Of a DNA stretch of 32,000 bases, positions 26,093-32,000 are shown piece after piece. The DNA is taken from NCBI RefSeq assembly GCF_000020385.1, contig NC_010814.1:420001-452000 (forward strand), written 5' to 3'. Positions within the stretch are counted from its first letter, which is position 1. Each line of letters starts with the position of its first letter. Both the position numbers and the translations under genes were made by a program. The notes beneath the pieces were generated by a model. It was not told the DNA's origin and did not search any database. It was given only the letters and a program-made list of their open reading frames with translations. Source of the DNA: Trichlorobacter lovleyi SZ. GTDB lineage: Bacteria > Desulfobacterota > Desulfuromonadia > Geobacterales > Pseudopelobacteraceae.

Positions 26093-26121
26093 TTATTAGC
26101 ACTGCATGCCGACAAATGCAA
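26093..26121 (-). promoter_or_regulatory. Sigma-70-type promoter for tRNA-Leu
   Basis: The minus strand reads TTGCAT, a 17-nt spacer, then TAATAA. The -10 element ends about 11 nt before the mature tRNA 5' end. Confidence 0.45.
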
Positions 26122-26142
26122 GCTTTTTTTTGTGCGCTTCCG

Positions 26143-26189
26143 CTAAAAAACAATCCGGGCCGGTCATCACCCCGTGTGATGACCGGCCC
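26143..26189 (-). terminator. Rho-independent terminator after amtB
   Basis: The minus strand has a 14-bp stem (GGGCCGGTCATCAC, 5-nt loop, GTGATGACCGGCCC) followed by GGATTGTTTTTT. Confidence 0.65.
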
Positions 26190-26214
26190 GTTTACTGCTG
26201 CACCGGCACGGCTG

Positions 26215-27705
26215 TTACATGTTGTAGCCTGATTCGCTGTGTTGTGTCTGGTCAAGACCCATGATTTCATCTTCCTTCTCTACCCGCAGACCAATGGTCT
26301 TGTCCAGGATGAAGGTGATGATCAGGGTTACGACCACTGCGTAGGCACCGGCTGCCAGTACCGCAATCAGCTGAATCATCAGCTGCTTGGCATTGCCGGC
26401 CAGCAGGCCGGTTGCGCCTACGGTGGCAAATACGCCGGTGATAATGGCGCCGAAGGTGCCGCCGATACCGTGAACACCAAAGGCGTCAAGGGAGTCGTCA
26501 TACTTCAGTTTGGCCTTGAGCAGGATGCCGCCGTAGCAGACCAGGCCTGCAGCCACACCCATGATCAGGGCGGCGCCCGGTTGTACGAAACCGGCGGCAG
26601 GGGTGATCACAACCAGGCCGGCAACAACACCTGAGCCAAAACCCAGGGCAGAAGGCTTGCCGGAGTGGATCCACTCAGCGATCATCCAGGAAAGACCGGC
26701 TGCTGCAGGGGCAATGGTGGTGGTGGCAAAGGCCAGACCGGCCAGGCCGCCTGCTGCATCAGAGTTGTTGACACCCACGATTGCCGAACCTGCGTTGAAA
26801 CCGTACCAACCGAACCAGAGCAGACCGACACCAAGCAGGGTCAACGGCAGGTTGTGGGGCGCCATCCGCTCGTTGGGGAAACCGTGACGCTTACCGAGGA
26901 AGGCCAGAAATACCAGAGCGGAGATACCGGAGGAGAGGTGAACAACGGTGCCGCCGGCAAAGTCCAGTGCGCCTTTTTTGAACAACCAGCCTTCAGTCAT
27001 CCAGACCCAGTGTGCCAGGGGATCATAGACAAGGGTGGTCCAGAGCAGTACAAACAGGCAGTAGGCGGAGAATTTGACCCGCTCAGCCATGGCACCTGAA
27101 ATCAGGGCCACGGTAATCATGGCAAACATCGCCTGATACATGGCAAAGACCAGCTCCGGGATTGCGCCGGGCTCTTTGGTGTAGTTCTGGAACAGGGTCC
27201 ACTCCACCGTACCGGATGCAGCGTCCTTCATCACGATCAGGCCGTTCAGCATGAATTTGCTGAAGTTGCCGATCAGGCCCATGCCGCCCATATCAGGTGC
27301 AAAGGCGAGTGAGTAGCCGATTACTGCCCATTGTACCCCGACAATACCCATGGCAACAAAGGAGTGCATCATGGTGGACAGGACGTTTTTCTGGCGGACC
27401 ATACCACCGTAAAACAGGGCCAGACCGGGGATCATCAACAGTACCAGGGCTGATGAGACCAGCATCCAGGCGGTATCACCAGTGTTCAGAACCGGTTTGA
27501 CGTCTGGCAGGGCCGCCGGAGCGGCAGCGGCCGGAGCAGCAACCGGTGCAGCTGCGGGAGCTGCCGCTTCAGGTGCCTTGGGCGCCTCAGTTGCAACTGC
27601 AGCAGCAGGCGCCGCATCTTTTTTCTCTTCAGCCATGGCAGAAACGCCTACCAGTGCGGTGAAGAGGGTCAACATGACAACAATGAGTGAATGCTTGAGT
27701 TTCAT
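26215..27705 (-). CDS. amtB: Ammonium transporter AmtB with signal peptide and Ala/Pro-rich N-terminal linker
   Basis: This is an 11-TM Amt family protein. Recognisable blocks include DTAWMLVSSALVLLM, DFAGGTVVHLSSG, DDSLDAFGVHGIGG. Confidence 0.9.
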   Translation of the reverse strand: MKLKHSLIVVMLTLFTALVGVSAMAEEKKDAAPAAAVATEAPKAPEAAAPAAAPVAAPAAAAPAALPDVKPVLNTGDTAWMLVSSALVLLMIPGLALFYGGMVRQKNVLSTMMHSFVAMGIVGVQWAVIGYSLAFAPDMGGMGLIGNFSKFMLNGLIVMKDAASGTVEWTLFQNYTKEPGAIPELVFAMYQAMFAMITVALISGAMAERVKFSAYCLFVLLWTTLVYDPLAHWVWMTEGWLFKKGALDFAGGTVVHLSSGISALVFLAFLGKRHGFPNERMAPHNLPLTLLGVGLLWFGWYGFNAGSAIVGVNNSDAAGGLAGLAFATTTIAPAAAGLSWMIAEWIHSGKPSALGFGSGVVAGLVVITPAAGFVQPGAALIMGVAAGLVCYGGILLKAKLKYDDSLDAFGVHGIGGTFGAIITGVFATVGATGLLAGNAKQLMIQLIAVLAAGAYAVVVTLIITFILDKTIGLRVEKEDEIMGLDQTQHSESGYNM

Positions 27706-27747
27706 AACCAGCCTCCTGACTATTTAAAATGGCTTCTTGAGTTGTGT

Positions 27748-28272
<525 letters not shown>

Positions 28273-28439
28273 TCAATGTGTTATCTTGATGGATGAGCAG
28301 CTGCTAATGTATTGATGATTAAAAAATGGGCTGCTGCGCTTTAGGGGAGCCCGCAAGTGAGGCAGTTGGTGTTGTTTTTTGACCATTGCTGGAAATGTGG
28401 TAGGCTGTTGACAAATATACCTACTACAGGAGAATAGCC

Positions 28440-28739
28440 ATGCCGGTTGTTGCACGTTTGGATGAGGTTCCCGCAATGGGGAAAAAGCTGATACAGATTG
28501 CCGGTCAGGAGATTCTGCTGGTGAACCTGAAAGGTACCATCTATGCCGTTGAAAATGAATGCCCGCATCAGGGGGCGCCGATGTCCGGGGCGCTGCTGAA
28601 GGATACCTATCTCTCCTGTCCCCGTCATGGCTATCGTTTTGAGCTGAAGGACGGCAGTTGCAAGGAACATCCTGAGTGTCGACTTAAGACCTGGCCGGTA
28701 CGGGTGGAAGATAACGAGATCATTGTTGACCTGGCGTGA
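28440..28739 (+). CDS. Small Rieske [2Fe-2S] domain protein (NirD/Rieske-ferredoxin-like)
   Basis: The Rieske ligand motifs CPHQG and CPRHG are separated by 17 residues. The protein is 99 aa. An AGGAGA Shine-Dalgarno is present. Confidence 0.85.
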   Translation: MPVVARLDEVPAMGKKLIQIAGQEILLVNLKGTIYAVENECPHQGAPMSGALLKDTYLSCPRHGYRFELKDGSCKEHPECRLKTWPVRVEDNEIIVDLA

Positions 28740-30177
28740 GAAGACCATACTGGACGATATAACACTGCTGGTGCTGCTGGGAGCGGCATTGGCCGCTGCA
28801 GTCTGGGCAGCCGGACACGCCCTTTTACACAAGCGCGACCCCCGCTCTGCGTTGGTCTGGGTCAGTCTGAGCCTTACCCTGCCGGTCATGGGGGCCCTTT
28901 TGTACTGGCTGCTGGGAATAAACCGTATTACCAGACGGGCACACCATTGGCATAAAAGTGGCCGCCGGCTCGGTTTTCAGGAACTCTATCCACCGGCAGT
29001 CGCGCAGCCACCTGCTTTACCGCCTCTTTTTCAGGGGCTACATAATCTTGAAATCCTGAGCGACAGGATTGTGCGTACCCGTAATCATGCCTCCAACCGG
29101 CTTTTCCCCTTGAAAAACGGCGAGGAGGCCTATCCGGCAATGCTGGCAGCCATTGACGCCGCCAGCCACTCCATCCACCTCTGCAGCTACATTTTTGACG
29201 GGGACCGGATTGGCGGCGTTTTTGTCAACAGCCTGGCCGCAGCGGTGAAGCGCGGGGTTGTGGTACGGGTGATTGTTGATGCCATGGGTGAACGCTACAG
29301 TGCTGTTACCGCGCGTGCCGCTTTATTGGGCAGCGGTGTGGACATTCGGCATTATCTGCCGCTCTACAAAGGGCCGTTCATTAACCTTCGCAATCACCGC
29401 AAGCTGCTGCTGGTTGACGGCAGGGTTGCCTTTACCGGCGGCATGAATATCCGCAGCAACCATTGTGTGGAGACCGCAGGGCTTTTGCATGCTGCCAGTG
29501 ATCTTCATTTTCAGGTGCAGGGCCCGGTGGTAAACGATCTGCAGCGGATATTTCTTGAAGACTGGTATTTTGTCAGCGGGCAGCGGCTGGATGATCAGGC
29601 CTATTTCCCGCTGCTTGATGCCGGCGGGACAGCTCTGGTACGTGCCATTGCTGATGGTCCTGACCGCGAGTTCCGCAAGCTTGAATGGATCGTAATGGGT
29701 GCGCTTTCGACAGCGAAACAGCGTGTCCGGATTATGACGCCCTACTTTATACCTGATCGTCCCATGGTCACCGCGCTTGTCACCGCTGCGCTGCGTGGTG
29801 TTGAGATAACACTGGTGCTGCCGCAGCAAAATAACCTGCCGTTTGTGGCCTGGGCCTCGCGTGCCTCGTATTGGGAGCTGATCAAGAACGGTATTCAGAT
29901 TCTGGAACAACCCCCGCCGTTTGCACATACCAAGCTGCTGCTGGTGGATGATCTCTGGAGTCTGATCGGCTCGGCCAATCTGGATACCCGTAGTTTTCGT
30001 CTCAATTTTGAGTTGAATCTGTCGGTCTATGATCAGCAGTTTGCCGCTGTGCTGAATGAACATTTTGATGCGATTCAGGCCGGTTCATATCTGGTCTCCC
30101 TGCAGGAAATGGACTCAAGGCCTTTGGCAATCAAGTTGAGGGACGGCGCAGCGCGACTTTTTACCCCCTATCTGTAA
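28723..30177 (+). CDS. cls: Cardiolipin synthase (PLD superfamily, two HKD motifs)
   Basis: Two N-terminal TM helices are followed by HKD motifs HRKLLLVDGRVAFTGGMN and HTKLLLVDDLWSLIGSANLD. There is a 17-nt overlap with the Rieske gene. A GTG at 28735 is an alternative start. Confidence 0.9.
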   Translation: MLTWREKTILDDITLLVLLGAALAAAVWAAGHALLHKRDPRSALVWVSLSLTLPVMGALLYWLLGINRITRRAHHWHKSGRRLGFQELYPPAVAQPPALPPLFQGLHNLEILSDRIVRTRNHASNRLFPLKNGEEAYPAMLAAIDAASHSIHLCSYIFDGDRIGGVFVNSLAAAVKRGVVVRVIVDAMGERYSAVTARAALLGSGVDIRHYLPLYKGPFINLRNHRKLLLVDGRVAFTGGMNIRSNHCVETAGLLHAASDLHFQVQGPVVNDLQRIFLEDWYFVSGQRLDDQAYFPLLDAGGTALVRAIADGPDREFRKLEWIVMGALSTAKQRVRIMTPYFIPDRPMVTALVTAALRGVEITLVLPQQNNLPFVAWASRASYWELIKNGIQILEQPPPFAHTKLLLVDDLWSLIGSANLDTRSFRLNFELNLSVYDQQFAAVLNEHFDAIQAGSYLVSLQEMDSRPLAIKLRDGAARLFTPYL

Positions 30178-30204
30178 AAAGATCAAAAGACTCTTTTTAT
30201 CCTC

Positions 30205-30233
30205 TTGACAGCAGACAGATTGCTTGGTATCAA
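30205..30233 (+). promoter_or_regulatory. Sigma-70-type promoter of the peroxiredoxin gene
   Basis: The sequence is TTGACA, a 17-nt spacer, then TATCAA. It lies about 40 nt upstream of the ATG. An ATTGC-N15-GCAAT inverted repeat overlaps the -10 region. Confidence 0.5.
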
Positions 30234-30275
30234 TTTCATGCAATCAACTACACCATCCCAACAAGGAGAACCACT

Positions 30276-30872
30276 ATGTCAACCTGTACCCTCGTAACCA
30301 AGGCTGCTCCTGATTTTACTGCCGATGCCGTTATGGCCGACAACTCATTTGGCCAGGTATCCCTTTCCAGCTACCAAGGCAAGTATGTCTATCTGTTGTT
30401 CTATCCTCTGGACTTTACCTTTGTCTGCCCCTCTGAAATCCTGGCCTTCAACAAGAAGCTGGATGAATTCAAACAGCGCAACTGCGAGCTGATCTCGATC
30501 TCAATCGATTCCAAATTTACCCACCTGGCCTGGAAAAATACCAAGGTTGAGGACGGCGGGATTGGACAGGTTCAGTTTCCGATGGTTGCAGACCTGAATA
30601 AGGAAATCACCAAGGCCTATGGTATCGAGCATTCTGCCAGCGTTGCCCTGCGTGGTCTGTTCCTGATCGATCCGAAAGGTGTTGTACGTCATTGTGTGAT
30701 CAACGATCTGCCGCTGGGCCGCAGTGTTGATGAAGCTCTGCGGATGCTGGATGCACTGCAGTTTACCGATACCCATGGCGAAGTCTGCCCGGCTAACTGG
30801 AAGCAGGGCGAGGAGGCGATGAAGCCGACCGCAGAAGGCGTTGCCAGCTATCTGGCAAAGCATGCTAAATAA
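30276..30872 (+). CDS. Typical 2-Cys peroxiredoxin (AhpC/Tsa family)
   Basis: The peroxidatic Cys lies in DFTFVCPSEI and the resolving Cys in EVCPANW. The protein is 198 aa. An AAGGAGA Shine-Dalgarno is present. Confidence 0.95.
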   Translation: MSTCTLVTKAAPDFTADAVMADNSFGQVSLSSYQGKYVYLLFYPLDFTFVCPSEILAFNKKLDEFKQRNCELISISIDSKFTHLAWKNTKVEDGGIGQVQFPMVADLNKEITKAYGIEHSASVALRGLFLIDPKGVVRHCVINDLPLGRSVDEALRMLDALQFTDTHGEVCPANWKQGEEAMKPTAEGVASYLAKHAK

Positions 30873-30905
30873 GCATTGCTGACAATCTGTACGAAGCTGT
30901 CCAAT

Positions 30906-30938
30906 CGGCGTTACCCTTCAGGTGACGCCGATTTTTTT
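30906..30938 (+). terminator. Rho-independent terminator after the peroxiredoxin gene
   Basis: CGGCGTTAC, a 7-nt loop, GTGACGCCG, then ATTTTTTT. Confidence 0.65.
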
Positions 30939-30982
30939 GATCGATTGGATGACAGGCGTTGATTTACCGGTATACTGCAGCT

Positions 30983-32000
30983 ATGCCGCATTCCGAACTG
31001 CCTCCGCATACTGCGTCAGGAAGCCGAACCACTGTTGACGGCGTGGTTGCACTTGAGCCTGTCGGCCAGTTTTTCCGGGTCTTTGCCCGTAATGAGTTTG
31101 GCGTAACCTTCCGTGATCATCCCTTTCATCCCTTTGTGCTACTGTCAGATCCCGGCCTGGCCGATGCCATAGCTGTCGTAACCAGACGGTATCGCTTACA
31201 AGGCAGTGGCGGACTCTGCTGGCTCGTACAGTTGGACAGCTGGCGTGACTGGTGCCTGCTGCGGGAGTATCTACAGCAACTAAGCAGGCCTGCTGTTTGG
31301 TTCGCCTTTCCGGAAAGCAGCCAGCAATTTTTGGTTGCAAGCGGGATCACCTGTTTTAAAGGCCTAGAACCAAGTGATCTGAAGTTGCTCTGCATTACCG
31401 TTAGCGTCAACCGGGCTGATACGCAGATGCCCGGGCATGGTCAGTGCGGAAACGCGGCAATTACTGCCATAGCAGTCAGCAACGGGACAGATTTTGAAGA
31501 GGTGATCAGCGCTGAGCGGTTGACGGAGTCGGAGATGCTGAGGCGGCTGACCATGATCATCCAGGAGCAGGATCCGGACATCATAACGGGGTATCAGCTG
31601 AGTGAGGATGAGTTGCCATGCCTTGTCAGCCGTGCACGAAGACACGGAGTGCGGCTTGCGTGGGGCAGGAACGGCGCGGAGCCGTGTCTGCAGCATATAC
31701 CGGAACACCATGCCGGCCGGCCGCATTATGACGTCTATGGCCGTACCCTGCTTGATATCCGGGCATTGGTCCGCCAGTATGACCGGCAGGTCCGGCCGCT
31801 GCCGGGCAGCGGGCTGCAACAGGCAGCGGCATGGTTTGGTTGTAGTATGCTGTCAGATGCGGATCAGCATCCTCTCCTGACTGCTGTCAGGGAGACGGTT
31901 GCGCTGTACCAGTTGTTGATGCCTTACTGGTATAGCCAGGCACAGCTGTACCCTGTCAGCCCGCAGGGGGTGTTCGCCCGGTCGTCAGCAGCAGCAGTCA
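30983..32000 (+). CDS. Family-B DNA polymerase-like protein, N-terminal and 3'-5' exonuclease-fold region (3' end outside window)
   Basis: By my own translation, frame 2 is open for 339 codons from the ATG at 30983 to the window edge. This ORF is absent from the supplied track. It aligns by eye with E. coli Pol II: LKLLCITVSV vs LKWVSIDIET, DPDIITGYQLSEDELPCL vs DPDVIIGWNVVQFDLRVL, GRTLLDIRAL vs GRLIIDGIEAL. The start codon is uncertain because no Shine-Dalgarno is visible. Confidence 0.6.
   Translation, partial: MPHSELPPHTASGSRTTVDGVVALEPVGQFFRVFARNEFGVTFRDHPFHPFVLLSDPGLADAIAVVTRRYRLQGSGGLCWLVQLDSWRDWCLLREYLQQLSRPAVWFAFPESSQQFLVASGITCFKGLEPSDLKLLCITVSVNRADTQMPGHGQCGNAAITAIAVSNGTDFEEVISAERLTESEMLRRLTMIIQEQDPDIITGYQLSEDELPCLVSRARRHGVRLAWGRNGAEPCLQHIPEHHAGRPHYDVYGRTLLDIRALVRQYDRQVRPLPGSGLQQAAAWFGCSMLSDADQHPLLTAVRETVALYQLLMPYWYSQAQLYPVSPQGVFARSSAAAV

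Noticed and set aside
25879-26270. Track ORFs 25879-26121 (-), 26007-26270 (-) and 26029-26232 (+).
   Set aside because: They run through the tRNA-Leu gene, its promoter and the amtB terminator.
28408-28439. A TTGACA hexamer just upstream of the Rieske gene, read as a -35 box.
   Set aside because: Any matching -10 would place the transcription start within or after the Shine-Dalgarno. TTGACC, 16 nt, TAGGCT at 28379-28406 is a more workable but still unverified alternative.
30981-31880. Track ORFs 30981-31340 (-), 31126-31410 (-), 31364-31819 (-) and 31602-31880 (+).
   Set aside because: All overlap a much longer uninterrupted plus-strand frame (30983 to the window end) that shows PolB-like similarity. 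Their own translations are Arg/Pro/Cys-rich with no recognisable motifs.

Overview
The window is a gene-dense, about 58-60% GC chromosomal segment. Its gene content fits a Geobacter/Desulfuromonadales-type deltaproteobacterium, but that assignment is inference only. Almost everything is core metabolism and regulation. I saw no transposases, integrases, CRISPR arrays or recognisable defence genes.

Left to right:
- The 3' end of an ABC ATPase gene.
- A molybdate locus, modE then modD-modA-modA-modB-modC. It has two E. coli-like ModE operators and a sigma-54-type promoter upstream of modE.
- A convergent pair encoding a membrane-anchored SNase-like nuclease and an RCK K+ channel.
- An aminotransferase gene, then overlapping engB-folE2 and a nucleosidase gene.
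- A long, tightly packed minus-strand array: Fe-ADH, PAS histidine kinase, GlcD-like FAD oxidase, small membrane protein, maf, Cache-MCP, yggS, DUF4124.
- A divergent sigma-54 enhancer-binding protein (EBP) whose sensor is an [FeFe]-hydrogenase-like Fe-S module. It is followed by an AT-rich island with a -24/-12-type promoter and a 60-aa ribbon-helix-helix gene.
- rng, a large B12/radical-SAM-DUF2344 fusion and tRNA-Leu(CAG).
- glnB-amtB, driven by a sigma-54 promoter with an intrinsic terminator inside its leader.
- Rieske protein and cardiolipin synthase genes, then a 2-Cys peroxiredoxin gene.
- An open-ended family-B DNA-polymerase-like ORF, missing from the supplied ORF track, whose exonuclease motifs look degenerate.

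The best candidates for something under-described are the hydrogenase-like EBP with its flanking shared motif and RHH target, the terminator-containing glnB leader, and the PolB-like ORF at the right edge. None of these is proven by sequence inspection alone.
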